From the IMG/VR virus record IMGVR_UViG_3300030339_000003, positions 167,367 to 231,366 of that record: a DNA stretch of 64,000 bases. One strand, given 5' to 3'. The position numbers and the translations under genes are program-made. The notes under the pieces are model-generated. The model had not been told where the DNA came from, made no database searches, and was given only the letters and a program-made list of their open reading frames with translations. Positions 29,547 through 39,711 of the stretch are shown here, piece after piece. Positions within the stretch are counted from its first letter, which is position 1. Each line of letters starts with the position of its first letter.

Positions 29547-30013
29547 TATTTAGCCCCTTTCTTCGTTTCCATAGGAACAATCAAATCAATTTGATCAATG
29601 AAGAAACGCAACGCAAACAACACACAACCTGTATAGTCGCGGTGGTCTAAACGAATGTCTAAAGATTCTTTAACCGGATAATAAGTAACTATTGTTTTGA
29701 ATTCAGTCAATAGCTTTTTAAAGTAAGCTTCAGGAGTAACCAAATCTGCAATAACCGCCATCACAAACATTAATGTGTCATTATACATTAACCCGTCACG
29801 GCTTATTAAAGTTTTAAATTCTTCATACGTGTCGTTAAACTTAGCAACAGGTGCCTCGTAGAAAGATTTTTCAACTGCAGGAATAAAGTTCAGGTAACCC
29901 GACTTATTGGTATAACGCAATTGAGCGTACATCCAGTGCTTACAGATGATTTCGCCCAGCACCATTAAGTCAGGGGTATCTGGATGTGAAAATTTAGAAT
30001 CAGCATTAACCAT
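29546..30013 (-). CDS. Hypothetical protein
   Basis: Likely start ATG 30013 overlapping the upstream stop. Confidence 0.65.
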   Translation of the reverse strand: MVNADSKFSHPDTPDLMVLGEIICKHWMYAQLRYTNKSGYLNFIPAVEKSFYEAPVAKFNDTYEEFKTLISRDGLMYNDTLMFVMAVIADLVTPEAYFKKLLTEFKTIVTYYPVKESLDIRLDHRDYTGCVLFALRFFIDQIDLIVPMETKKGAK

Positions 30014-30689
30014 AACGTTTATCCAAATTGTTTTCCAGCAGGCGAGCACGGAACCAATAGTGCGCTGTACGCAATGACTTAGCAATGTCGCCACGTTTTA
30101 AACACGCATTGGTATTAGTCTTGCCTGTTTCGATCAAGTCAGTACGATAGTTTTTAGCTGCACCTACGTCACCGCCTTTAACGTTATAGATTTCATTGGT
30201 AGTATTGAGTAACCCCAATGCCCCACCCATTACGCTGACCTCTGGAATAGAAAGACCTGTTGCACGTGAGTCCATCATTACTTGACCAGTTAAGTCATCA
30301 ACTTTGGAGTCATCTTTAGCGGCATTAACTTTCTTGATCCACATTTGTGCTTGCTGAATTAATTCAGCCGTACCCACAAAGTGTTTATGAGGAGACATCG
30401 ATTTTAAACCAGTATCGTGGTCGTAAGAAATAATACGCTGATATACTGGGCGACCCAAACGTTCACAACGCTTGACCATGTCTTCAAAATCAATGTCTTC
30501 TTTACGATCGGTATTACTTAACCAGATCGCTAAGTCGCCACCGTTTTCCAACCAAACAACAAAGTCATCGAATTCTTTATCGTTCATCATAGATAAACGT
30601 TTCTTATAAATAATACCATTACCCCCACCGGGGGTAATAGCTTGCATCTCCTTGATTAAAAATTCTTCCGCAGCTTTGCGATTACCCAT
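30006..30689 (-). CDS. Virion RNA polymerase beta C-terminal subunit, phiKZ gp149-like
   Basis: RKAAEEF, MNDKEFDDF, VDDLTGQV..DSRATGLSIPE, VKGGD motifs. Confidence 0.85.
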   Translation of the reverse strand: MGNRKAAEEFLIKEMQAITPGGGNGIIYKKRLSMMNDKEFDDFVVWLENGGDLAIWLSNTDRKEDIDFEDMVKRCERLGRPVYQRIISYDHDTGLKSMSPHKHFVGTAELIQQAQMWIKKVNAAKDDSKVDDLTGQVMMDSRATGLSIPEVSVMGGALGLLNTTNEIYNVKGGDVGAAKNYRTDLIETGKTNTNACLKRGDIAKSLRTAHYWFRARLLENNLDKRYG

Positions 30690-30693
30690 CTTG

Positions 30694-31068
30694 TCATTTC
30701 CTTACGTATCCATAAACGTAGATTGGTTTCCCCAGACTGGTAACACATTGATAAGCGCTACTTAAGAAAGGATCGTCCGAGTTTTTGATAATTAACATCT
30801 CATCAAATAACAAAGTCGAATTTTCTAAAGACTGCACGAAGGTAGTTTTGTTCTTTGCATCCATGTCTAATGCCGGAATAGTGACGTCCAAATCACAAAT
30901 ACCACGGTTAGTGGTAATAGACACAACTTCAATGTCACGAGTAGTAGATAAAGCCAATTTAGCTTTAAGATCACTTACGTACTGTTTTGCATCGGTGCAC
31001 TGTTTTTCGAATACACCATCAGTGATAACTAATGTACGAGCATTAATTCTTGGGATTGCTTCGCTCAT
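30694..31068 (-). CDS. Hypothetical protein (possible SLOG/Rossmann-like fold)
   Basis: 124 aa between UvsX and vRNAP beta-C; alpha/beta pattern. Confidence 0.55.
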   Translation of the reverse strand: MSEAIPRINARTLVITDGVFEKQCTDAKQYVSDLKAKLALSTTRDIEVVSITTNRGICDLDVTIPALDMDAKNKTTFVQSLENSTLLFDEMLIIKNSDDPFLSSAYQCVTSLGKPIYVYGYVRK

Positions 31069-32502
31069 TTATTTTTTAGCCTTAAAGTCTGGACTACCTT
31101 CGCCAATCGCAATGCGCATCAGTTCAAAAGTAGAAATAGTTGTTTTCTTAATATCTGGGTTTAAGAACCAGAAATCGACAGTTTCGTTTAATACCCATTC
31201 CCAATCCATCACTTTATTAAGACGTTCAAAGAATTCTTCGATGGATAAGCGATAACGCATAGGAAGGTTAAGGTCGTACTTAATTTTGTTCATGTACTGG
31301 TAAGTAATACACAGCGCGCGACGCAGACGTTGATCTTCATTTATTTGTCCACGAATAGTAGTACGTCCCAGTTTTAAATCAGGCAACAGAACCAATGAAT
31401 GGCTACGTGTGTTATCAGAATCATAACCAAAGAACTTATGCTTTTTCAAGTTATGATAAGCAGTAAGGTCTTCTTGGATGCCCAGGTATTGGCTACCTAT
31501 AAAGGTAGTATGACCGCCAGACAAACCATTCTTGTTACGATACGGACTAACGAAGTATTCCATCAGATCCGGAGAAGCTTTACCATCATCGGTAACAAAT
31601 TCATCTTTACCGTATGGGTCTGGGTACAACCATTCTTGACCGTTCTTCAACGGAGCACCACGAATGATCTCAATACCCAACGCAGGTAAGTTCTTCATGG
31701 TCTTAGGACCAGCGATCTTTTTACCTTGACGCAGGAAGGTGGTTTGTTTTTCCAGCGGTTGACCGGTCATGTTAATAATGTCTTGAACTTGTGCAGTCCA
31801 GGACTGATACATGCCTACTTCGCCACCGAGCTGGTCTGCATCACTGTGTACGATACGTTTAAGGTTACCGAACACCATGTCACGGGTTTTCTTCGCACCG
31901 CCTTCATCAACGTCACCTTCACGGAAATCTTTGGCTGCTTTAGCAAAGTTCATTTCGGTGCCGGAGTCGATATGAGGAATCAATGGCGGTAACATCATTA
32001 AAGGAGACTTACCATCGTTAGAAAGGAATGGTGTAGCAACTTTAAGGTTTTTGTTTTTCTTCATTTCATCTTTAATGAGTTGGTTTTTCTCAATAAAGAA
32101 TTTATGAACATCGGTACCGTCGTATTCGTTACCGTTAAAATAGAAGAAACGCTTATCCAACAGATTATGTTGGAAGTAACTAGGGATGCCGATCTCACGG
32201 TCAATCATCGCAGCTAAGCGACTCACCCCAAAGGTCTTCTCAATATCAAAGAAGAAACCCGCAGAACAGTTTATACGCGCTAATGCACGACCCATTAATA
32301 AAACCAACAAACCTGATTTCTGAGTATTCGAGCCACCCACAATAGCGTTGTTAGGAGTCATACCGCCGTTTAAATAATAACGGCCATCGGTGCCTAAGAG
32401 ATCTTCCCCGTTTAACTGATCGAAAATATAAGAATAAGGAATAAACGGTGTAATGATTTCAGAAGATTTTATACCTTCTAAAAAAGAAAAGGGTGAACTC
32501 AT
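31069..32502 (-). CDS. uvsX: RecA/UvsX-like recombinase, phiKZ gp152-like
   Basis: Walker A variant GGSNTQKS, FFDIEKT, HIDSGTEM Walker B; synteny. Confidence 0.85.
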   Translation of the reverse strand: MSSPFSFLEGIKSSEIITPFIPYSYIFDQLNGEDLLGTDGRYYLNGGMTPNNAIVGGSNTQKSGLLVLLMGRALARINCSAGFFFDIEKTFGVSRLAAMIDREIGIPSYFQHNLLDKRFFYFNGNEYDGTDVHKFFIEKNQLIKDEMKKNKNLKVATPFLSNDGKSPLMMLPPLIPHIDSGTEMNFAKAAKDFREGDVDEGGAKKTRDMVFGNLKRIVHSDADQLGGEVGMYQSWTAQVQDIINMTGQPLEKQTTFLRQGKKIAGPKTMKNLPALGIEIIRGAPLKNGQEWLYPDPYGKDEFVTDDGKASPDLMEYFVSPYRNKNGLSGGHTTFIGSQYLGIQEDLTAYHNLKKHKFFGYDSDNTRSHSLVLLPDLKLGRTTIRGQINEDQRLRRALCITYQYMNKIKYDLNLPMRYRLSIEEFFERLNKVMDWEWVLNETVDFWFLNPDIKKTTISTFELMRIAIGEGSPDFKAKK

Positions 32503-32563
32503 TGTTTGGCCTCAGATTTTATGAATCAATTAAATTATTTATCTTCTATATATAGGGTGTCCA

Positions 32564-33367
32564 GTGATGAATTACAATTTCGTTTCCCAAGTTAAAAATT
32601 CTAATTTGTTAGAGATATCGGGTGTCGAATCGCTGGGTGTGGGTGAAGCACTTCATTTATTTTTCGAAGAGTTCTTTACTGGCACCGACCGTAAATTAGC
32701 CCAATTTCAAACAAGCCTACATACTATTAATTGGCAGGGCACTGAAAAATTACTGAAAGATCGCAACATTAATTTCATTAATAATGCCAATCAACGTATT
32801 ACTGTCCCGACATATTTCCAGGCGGGTGAAGGCGAGATGTTGTATTATGTTTCTAACATCGTAAGCGCTATCACCGTGGTCGAAGGCTTTAAGACTGAAA
32901 TCCAACGTTTCTACGATTGGATGAAAAACGTCATTAAGAAAGGACGTGCCGACAAAGCTTACCAGTGGACCATCACGAACTACGATTCTAAGGTGGGCGA
33001 GGTTGTCGCTTTCATCAAAGAACTGCGTGAAGGGCCTAAGACGGCTACCATGAACAAGGTATACGTTAACTTCCCGGAAGCCTTTGGTTTAATGTCACGT
33101 TATTCTTTAGCAGTGGAAGCAATCAAAGCGCGTGATGCCGAAGTCATGGCTCGTGATCTTAAAAACGTCTATGAAGTGGGTAATCTGTTAGTTGCTAAGA
33201 TCAAAGCAAATGATCTGGTGATTGATGCGTACACATTGAAAGGGATCCAAGACAAAGTATCTCAATTCAATGAACTCACTAATGTGGTGGGCGGAGCTTT
33301 AGGTTTAATTAATGAACTGACTGCAGTATTTAACAGCCAGTTAAAAGAATTCCAAGCTTTTAAATAA
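32564..33367 (+). CDS. Virion head protein, phiKZ gp153-like
   Basis: Divergent from UvsX; N-terminal SGVES protease-site-like motif. Confidence 0.65.
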   Translation: MMNYNFVSQVKNSNLLEISGVESLGVGEALHLFFEEFFTGTDRKLAQFQTSLHTINWQGTEKLLKDRNINFINNANQRITVPTYFQAGEGEMLYYVSNIVSAITVVEGFKTEIQRFYDWMKNVIKKGRADKAYQWTITNYDSKVGEVVAFIKELREGPKTATMNKVYVNFPEAFGLMSRYSLAVEAIKARDAEVMARDLKNVYEVGNLLVAKIKANDLVIDAYTLKGIQDKVSQFNELTNVVGGALGLINELTAVFNSQLKEFQAFK

Positions 33368-33384
33368 AAAAAAATAAAGATAGT

Positions 33385-33416
33385 TATAACTCCTACCCGC
33401 AAGGGTAGGAGTTATA
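33385..33416. terminator. Bidirectional terminator (ACTCCTACCC family)
   Basis: tataactcctaccc-gcaa-gggtaggagttata between convergent genes. Confidence 0.8.
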
Positions 33417-33433
33417 TATTGTTTATGTGTTTA

Positions 33434-33931
33434 TTAACGTTCTAATAAACTAAAATGATATTTGGCGGTAATATCTGTCGTGTTCATATTCGTATAAACT
33501 TCAATACGAACTTCATTACCTTCACTGCGTGCCCAATCTTTTAATTCTTTTAACTCCGTATGAACATCTAAGACAGTATTTGCAAATCTAACATAAGGCT
33601 CATCTTCCCACCCGGTAGGCCAAGTGCAATATGTGATTGCAAGACCATAAAACATATCTTCCGGCCAAAGCTTATCGTGTAACACAATGACTTTGGGAAT
33701 AAGAGTAGGTTTTTCTTCTACGGGGTTACCTTGCATTTGAACAGCTATTTTCTTAGCTGACGCGAATAACTCTTGAATGAGATCATTTGTTTTAAACCAA
33801 TTCACATTGGCATCATCGTCAGGAAATAAAGTAGATAAACGATCTAGATCGTCCAACTTAGCTTTTATCTGAGCCATAATTTTACTATGCTCTTTTTCTA
33901 AAGCAACAATATCTAATTTGACTTCAGTCAT
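33434..33931 (-). CDS. Hypothetical protein (N-terminal coiled coil)
   Basis: 165-aa ORF with AGGA RBS. Confidence 0.75.
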   Translation of the reverse strand: MTEVKLDIVALEKEHSKIMAQIKAKLDDLDRLSTLFPDDDANVNWFKTNDLIQELFASAKKIAVQMQGNPVEEKPTLIPKVIVLHDKLWPEDMFYGLAITYCTWPTGWEDEPYVRFANTVLDVHTELKELKDWARSEGNEVRIEVYTNMNTTDITAKYHFSLLER

Positions 33932-33940
33932 TTCATTTCC

Positions 33941-34546
33941 TTAAGAAAAACTTTCATTGATGTAACTAGGAAAAAGAACCATGGTGTCATATTCGTTTTG
34001 CATACGTAATGGAAGGTCTTGACTGACTTTGCCAGTAGAAGACTTACGCATGCGATGCTGATGACGACGTTTACCTTCTACATCATAAGACGCAGGGATA
34101 GGTAATTTGCCAGAACCTAATTGCCCAGTACGGAATGCATAATCAAGTGTATGTTTCGGTACACGAATATCAAAGCCATTCAGTGTATCGTACATGCTGT
34201 ACCTAATCATGTCACGGAACTGGAACCCAAACGGTCCATAATCGGCCATATTGTAATAAGTAAATGGCACTCCGTCACCGTACCCCGTGTTACGCTCATA
34301 GTGTCGGATTTCTGTAATCTGATAAACGTCTAACGGATAAAGAAAATAACCTTCTGAATTCTTAGCTTTTGCAGGTGGCTCACCGATGGAATAAAGTGAG
34401 TGCATGTGTTCCCGCATTAATAAAGAACGAAATAGTCTTCCCGATGGAACGCCAAACACGTGCGGTATGTTCCACGGATCGCTGAATGATTTAGCACGAT
34501 TGTTTAAAACATTATTGACAACAACACTTAGAATAGAAGATCTCAT
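33941..34546 (-). CDS. Hypothetical early protein
   Basis: 201-aa ORF behind early promoter. Confidence 0.7.
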   Translation of the reverse strand: MRSSILSVVVNNVLNNRAKSFSDPWNIPHVFGVPSGRLFRSLLMREHMHSLYSIGEPPAKAKNSEGYFLYPLDVYQITEIRHYERNTGYGDGVPFTYYNMADYGPFGFQFRDMIRYSMYDTLNGFDIRVPKHTLDYAFRTGQLGSGKLPIPASYDVEGKRRHQHRMRKSSTGKVSQDLPLRMQNEYDTMVLFPSYINESFS

Positions 34547-34587
34547 AACAACCCCTTAATTAATAAACAATACATTAACTATCTACC

Positions 34588-34607
34588 TAAGTAATATAGG
34601 TCTAATA
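34588..34607 (-). promoter_or_regulatory. Early promoter
   Basis: TATTAGACCTATATTACTTA. Confidence 0.75.
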
Positions 34608-34663
34608 AAAAATACATTATAAAGATGAAGAGCCGAAGCCCCTCATCTTTTTTTTATAAAGTG

Positions 34664-34849
34664 TTACTCACCAATTTTATTTTTAATGCATGCTAACATG
34701 GAATGATAGAGTATTGCAGTAATATTTTCGCTCATCCATATCTTCATGTCGGCAACACTACCGTAAGGATTTTTAAACCATTCGGTATCGACATGTTTAT
34801 GTTCCAACAGTCTTGCAGGGTCAGTGATAACAGCTAACTTATTTGGCAT
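34664..34849 (-). CDS. Small hypothetical protein (61 aa)
   Basis: Start MPNKL overlapping upstream stop; hairpin downstream. Confidence 0.55.
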   Translation of the reverse strand: MPNKLAVITDPARLLEHKHVDTEWFKNPYGSVADMKIWMSENITAILYHSMLACIKNKIGE

Positions 34850-35429
34850 CGCTACTTTCCGGTTTAAGCTCGTAAAGATCTTCACGACCGTGTTGTATGA
34901 TGATGCGCGCATAATTTTCAGGTAATTCATTGAAGGGGGCGTATAATCCCCAACCATGCGGCCAACATTTATATTTGGCGAGCAAGTCGTCAAATAAAGA
35001 TTGCCAGTCAGTAATGCCAGGATACATGCGTTCTAAATTCTTCCGCGCAATATCGCCTTCAGTTGCAGTTGCAAATTCATCATTAATGGTCTTAGCGAGA
35101 ATGGAGTTTAAAACCCAATCGTCATTGTAAGAACATAAACTGATTTCTTGCGACCAATCGCCGACCAATTCGTGCAAAATAATGTCATTGTTTTGATCGC
35201 CGGGCGCTTCAGCTATCTTAATTTCTTTAATAACATAGCCTTGTTCATCTAAATACTCAAGACAATTAGAAAGAGAAACAGATAGTTTATTGCTCTTAAT
35301 TGCTTGAATAACTTGTTTGACGTCAACTGGAGTCACATTACGTGATTCAGGATCTTCCTCATCCAAATAATTAACCCACGCTTGTAATAAACGTAATTCT
35401 GGATGTGTGCAATTGATAACTGTAATCAT
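34839..35429 (-). CDS. Hypothetical protein
   Basis: 196-aa ORF, AAGGA RBS. Confidence 0.75.
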   Translation of the reverse strand: MITVINCTHPELRLLQAWVNYLDEEDPESRNVTPVDVKQVIQAIKSNKLSVSLSNCLEYLDEQGYVIKEIKIAEAPGDQNNDIILHELVGDWSQEISLCSYNDDWVLNSILAKTINDEFATATEGDIARKNLERMYPGITDWQSLFDDLLAKYKCWPHGWGLYAPFNELPENYARIIIQHGREDLYELKPESSDAK

Positions 35430-35599
35430 TTAGCGTCCTTATTTTCGGAGTCATACATGTGGGTGAGAAAATTTAACATCCCGCCAAATGCACGTTTAGA
35501 ATCATCAGCCGAAGGAATACTAAATTGTTCATCAACTGGTAACAAAAAGCCAATTGCAGCTTCTAGTGAAACAGTATTATCTCGTTTATCAGAAATCAT
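35426..35599 (-). CDS. Small protein (57 aa) not in ORF track
   Basis: MISDKRDNTVSLEAAIGF...NKDAK*, ATGA overlaps at both ends, GGAGG RBS. Confidence 0.65.
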   Translation of the reverse strand: MISDKRDNTVSLEAAIGFLLPVDEQFSIPSADDSKRAFGGMLNFLTHMYDSENKDAK

Positions 35600-37131
35600 T
35601 TCTTAACCTCCGCTTTCTTTGGTGGTTCTTGGCCTAATTCTTTGATGCTGAGTACGCGTAAGTTGGCTACCGCGCTAGTCTGAATATAAACCCAATCAGG
35701 CGCTTCAATAACACAATAATAACGAATAGCTTTATCGTTCTGTGTGTCGGCAGCAACCCAAATCTTAACATCTTCAGCTAAGACAGCATTAATGTTATTT
35801 CGTTCTGGTAAATCATAACCTAATGACAAATTCAGCTTAACAGGCTTAGCAGCATTACGATGCACAACTGGAACTGGAATAACGGTCATATTAGCTTTAA
35901 AGTCTGGATGCAACTTTCTTTTTACCACACCTTTCTTATTTGTTTCTTCGACAATAAATAAAGAGGTGATATCGTGAAATTGTGTCCAACCTTTCTTATT
36001 TGTTTCATCACGCTCAATAAACAAATCAAATAAGTGACTTACTTTAGCAATGTTGTTACGAATATGGTAAGACAACAACGGAGGGTCAATCATTTCAATC
36101 AGTGTAGGTTCTTCACGACCTGCTGATTCAAATGGGATATTAATATCTTTACCTGCTTTAATACCAGGAAAAGTATCAATAATCCTTGCAACATCCTTTG
36201 ACACAACAGCTTTTAAAATACCCGCACTCAAGTATTCATTTGGGTTGGGGATATTTTTCTTTGTATATTCAAAAAGCTTGTCTAACATTTCAACAGGCTT
36301 CTTACTAAACAAAGTACTGAAGGTCACATCGGGTGTTAGTTTGCCGTAATACTTTTTATCAGGCTCAACCCGTCCGAAGTTATAACCGCGGTAACCATGG
36401 TAATCGTCATAAAAATGAGAACCAGGACCTGTATTAAAATACCAGCGGCCAGCTGTGACGATCTTATTAAAATCCGTTTCAGGCTCTTCATACTCTTTCT
36501 TCGTTAATACTTCAAAAATAATACGTTTCTTACCAGTAGGTGTGGTTTCAATCTTTGCCAACCCTGCCTGCTTAGAACTTAATTTGTTACCCAATCCACC
36601 TTCTACACTGGAATCCACATCGAATAAGATTTTCTTACCGAGTGCTTTCCATTCAGCGTATTGCAGTTGTAGTTTTTCTAACAATGTCACTTCATTAGCC
36701 GACAATGTTGTTTTACCTACAACGTATTCTTTCTCTGCCAGTTTACGTAAATCAGCGTTAATCAGTTTCTCAAATATCGGATGCTGACAAATAAAACAGA
36801 CATTATTAAAACGTGTCTTGTTTTCTTCTTTAGTCACATAATCCAGCATGCTCGTAAGAAGTGTCAATCCTGCATCGATAAGTGTAGCTCCATTTGTAAC
36901 TGTAGTAAGGCAGTACTCCTTAATGTTGATTGCCGTACCTTGTTGTTTAGCGTTACCGAGATAATATCCTAAAGTCGTCGGTACCCCACGTTGTAACTGC
37001 TTTTTCCCTGCTTCGGCGATCTTGTACGTGTAAGCATGATTACCGGCCGTGAATTTTGATTGTTTATTGAACGACACTTCTTGTATCGCCATGTAAACGA
37101 TCATGTTTTCCAATTCTTCGATCATGGACAA
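35596..37131 (-). CDS. RNase H-like protein (phiKZ gp155-like), catalytic residues apparently absent
   Basis: GNHAYTY, PTTLGY, GLGNKLS..A, RWYFNT, YGK..D; synteny between gp153-like and gp157-like genes. Confidence 0.7.
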   Translation of the reverse strand: MSMIEELENMIVYMAIQEVSFNKQSKFTAGNHAYTYKIAEAGKKQLQRGVPTTLGYYLGNAKQQGTAINIKEYCLTTVTNGATLIDAGLTLLTSMLDYVTKEENKTRFNNVCFICQHPIFEKLINADLRKLAEKEYVVGKTTLSANEVTLLEKLQLQYAEWKALGKKILFDVDSSVEGGLGNKLSSKQAGLAKIETTPTGKKRIIFEVLTKKEYEEPETDFNKIVTAGRWYFNTGPGSHFYDDYHGYRGYNFGRVEPDKKYYGKLTPDVTFSTLFSKKPVEMLDKLFEYTKKNIPNPNEYLSAGILKAVVSKDVARIIDTFPGIKAGKDINIPFESAGREEPTLIEMIDPPLLSYHIRNNIAKVSHLFDLFIERDETNKKGWTQFHDITSLFIVEETNKKGVVKRKLHPDFKANMTVIPVPVVHRNAAKPVKLNLSLGYDLPERNNINAVLAEDVKIWVAADTQNDKAIRYYCVIEAPDWVYIQTSAVANLRVLSIKELGQEPPKKAEVKK

Positions 37132-37199
37132 TAAACCTTAAATAAGGAGGACACAATATCCTCCTTATAGTTAATATTTACGCGACGCGCAATTACATT

Positions 37200-37598
37200 T
37201 TAACGGTCTTTAGGTTTCGGACATTGCTCCAACTGAACCCGCAGTTGCTGGTTATCTTGATAAAGAATGATAACTTTCCCAACTAGCGTTTGATTGTCCG
37301 CGTATAATGAAGTTGTCACCCGCTCCAGAGACGACATACGTTGATTTAAAAGCTCGTAGGTGTCACCGTTACGTAGGTAAGCAACATTGAGCTGTGTGTA
37401 ATCTTTTTTTAAGTTATTATAGTCTAAATAACCATTCACAACTTGGAATATAATCAGGGAGTTGGCTAGGGCCAATAAAGCAACCATAGTCGCCAAGTGA
37501 CGCGCAATAATAAACATTCTAATATTGTCTATCACCGTGGTACTCGGGAGCATTAATTCTATGAACCTTTCTAACCATTCCCTGATAATCAGATACAT
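37200..37598 (-). CDS. Membrane protein with periplasmic coiled coil (i-spanin-like candidate)
   Basis: TM helix ~aa 35-55, coiled coil, C-terminal Cys. Confidence 0.5.
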   Translation of the reverse strand: MYLIIREWLERFIELMLPSTTVIDNIRMFIIARHLATMVALLALANSLIIFQVVNGYLDYNNLKKDYTQLNVAYLRNGDTYELLNQRMSSLERVTTSLYADNQTLVGKVIILYQDNQQLRVQLEQCPKPKDR

Positions 37599-37625
37599 GA
37601 TTACCCCCTTTATATAGGCCAGATT

Positions 37626-38975
37626 ATGACAACGACATATTTATCGTTTGCCAGCATTGCAAAATTGCACAATAACCAAAATGCGACGGTGTCTCCTATA
37701 GGGGAGCTGTCTTTGAATTCCAAAACATTTGAAAAAGATCCAGCCGTTTATAGCGTCACGGGATCGTCAGAAATTGTACTGTATAATTTCTTATCCCGTA
37801 AAGATAACACAACTACAACTTTAAGTCAAGCGCTGGCAGAAAGACAAATACAAATCGCAGATTGGCTTTATCAACAGGCGTTAGCAGGTAATATCACTGA
37901 CTCATCAATTGCCACACTAAATGCATTGAAAACAACATTTACTGATGCAATTGAATTTGAAGACGTCGGTGAAATGGCGACGAATAATTCCATTTATTTA
38001 CCCTCCGTAGTACGTGGATTCCATTTAGTAAGCACCACTGTTAACAACATTACCACTACAGACAAACAAGAGTTTTATCTGTGGTTTGCCGATTCCTATT
38101 TTAACGTGCAATATACACACGCGACGTACGGAATTGTACATCCGGTACCGCTAACGGAAATTGATTCGCTGTATGAAATGAATTACCAACAACTGGAAGC
38201 GCGTTTAGCACTCGAAACGCCAGATGTCATCGTCGACCGTGAAACTGCCATTACGGACGGGGCGGCGTACACATCACGCAAAGTATCAAAGTTTGCTATA
38301 TTGGATTTAATCAATACACCAAACAGCGTCTTTGGGTTTTGGCGAATCTTGACCAATGGTAATTATAATGAGGATGACGCGTTAGATCAAACTCGTAAAG
38401 AAATATTGGCTAACAGTAAATATACTGAAACCCAATGGGGAGAGAAAATACCTGACCTTTTTAATCCTAACGAGTACTATGTCATCCCGCGATATGATCG
38501 TTTAGGGTTAGTAAACAAAACAAATAACACTTCTGGTTTGTCTCCAATCGTTGATTTTGAAACCGAGTTAGATTTTGTTAATGTTTACCTGACACCTAAT
38601 ATGTCAAGTGATCATGTCATAAAATCCACTCAATCAATTCCGATGGTATACAAATCGTTCCAGGCAACGATAACGGCCAAAGCTAACAACCGCACTGGGT
38701 TCTTGAAAATCTATGATAGTTATAAAGATTATTCATTAATTCCATCAACAGATTCCGATTATGGTTTGATGGCTGCAAGTACTCGTGCATTTATCGAAAC
38801 ATTGTCTCGTTTAGTATCTGCTGCTGAAGTCACCACTGAATTCTCTATTCCTAAGCCTGGCACCGCAACAGTAACGCGCTTTGGTAAATTGTGGGTCACA
38901 GCCAAAGTAAACGGTATGCGCTTTATGGTGCTGGCTCGTTCACAAATGGTTGATGATGGTTTAGTCGAGGCGTAA
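37626..38975 (+). CDS. Virion structural protein, phiKZ gp157-like
   Basis: SPIGELS, WFADSYF..QY, IPDLFNPNEYYVIPRY; synteny. Confidence 0.65.
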   Translation: MTTTYLSFASIAKLHNNQNATVSPIGELSLNSKTFEKDPAVYSVTGSSEIVLYNFLSRKDNTTTTLSQALAERQIQIADWLYQQALAGNITDSSIATLNALKTTFTDAIEFEDVGEMATNNSIYLPSVVRGFHLVSTTVNNITTTDKQEFYLWFADSYFNVQYTHATYGIVHPVPLTEIDSLYEMNYQQLEARLALETPDVIVDRETAITDGAAYTSRKVSKFAILDLINTPNSVFGFWRILTNGNYNEDDALDQTRKEILANSKYTETQWGEKIPDLFNPNEYYVIPRYDRLGLVNKTNNTSGLSPIVDFETELDFVNVYLTPNMSSDHVIKSTQSIPMVYKSFQATITAKANNRTGFLKIYDSYKDYSLIPSTDSDYGLMAASTRAFIETLSRLVSAAEVTTEFSIPKPGTATVTRFGKLWVTAKVNGMRFMVLARSQMVDDGLVEA

Positions 38976-38976
38976 G

Positions 38977-39642
38977 ATGGCATCAAACACTTTAAACGTA
39001 ATACCGGCATGGAAAGCAGCAGGGTCGTTCGAAGCCAATAACCCTTTTGATGCCGTAGTAAATAAAGATACTTATTACACGATTGAATCAACAAGCACTA
39101 TCAGTGAAATGCAGGGACGTAATACCGACCTGTACACTGTAATCTTTAAACCAGCTGGTATTGCTCAAGAAGATTACCAATCGATTGTTGATAGTATTAA
39201 TGCGGCAGGTGGCGGTATCTTAACACTGATTGCCAAAGACGGTACTCGTGTTTACTTACCTACTACTTATTTGAAGTCATTCCCATTAACAGATGGTATT
39301 TCTTACGAGCGTCTGTGTTTGGTTGCTGACTTGGGAGCAGTTCCTCCAACATTGAAAACGAAAATTGATGACGTATTAACACACGTTAAAAATTATATCG
39401 AGTTACATGTTGGTATTGAATCGGCTACCGTCCAGTTAGGTACAGTGCCTTTAGTTGGGTATGTGACAGCAGAACAAGCAGCAGTATTTGAAGCTACTCG
39501 TCAAACCGCTATTGCTAATGTTAAAAATGATGTATTGACCATTGCTGATCAAGCAACTCAAATTGCATCACAAGCTGCATACATTGCACAACTCGAAGCA
39601 AAAGTTATTGCATTAACAAATGCAAATACAACAACGCCTTAA
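38977..39642 (+). CDS. Virion structural protein
   Basis: PAWKAAGSFEA..PF, VYLPTTYLKSFP, DLGAVP; co-transcribed with gp157-like gene. Confidence 0.6.
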   Translation: MASNTLNVIPAWKAAGSFEANNPFDAVVNKDTYYTIESTSTISEMQGRNTDLYTVIFKPAGIAQEDYQSIVDSINAAGGGILTLIAKDGTRVYLPTTYLKSFPLTDGISYERLCLVADLGAVPPTLKTKIDDVLTHVKNYIELHVGIESATVQLGTVPLVGYVTAEQAAVFEATRQTAIANVKNDVLTIADQATQIASQAAYIAQLEAKVIALTNANTTTP

Positions 39643-39658
39643 AAAAGAAAGAAGTGAA

Positions 39659-39686
39659 TTACTCCTACCCGCAGGGGTAGGAGTAA
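39659..39686. terminator. Bidirectional terminator (ACTCCTACCC family)
   Basis: ttactcctaccc-gcag-gggtaggagtaa. Confidence 0.8.
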
Positions 39687-39711
39687 TAGTTTAAGATTAT
39701 TTATTTGTTAC

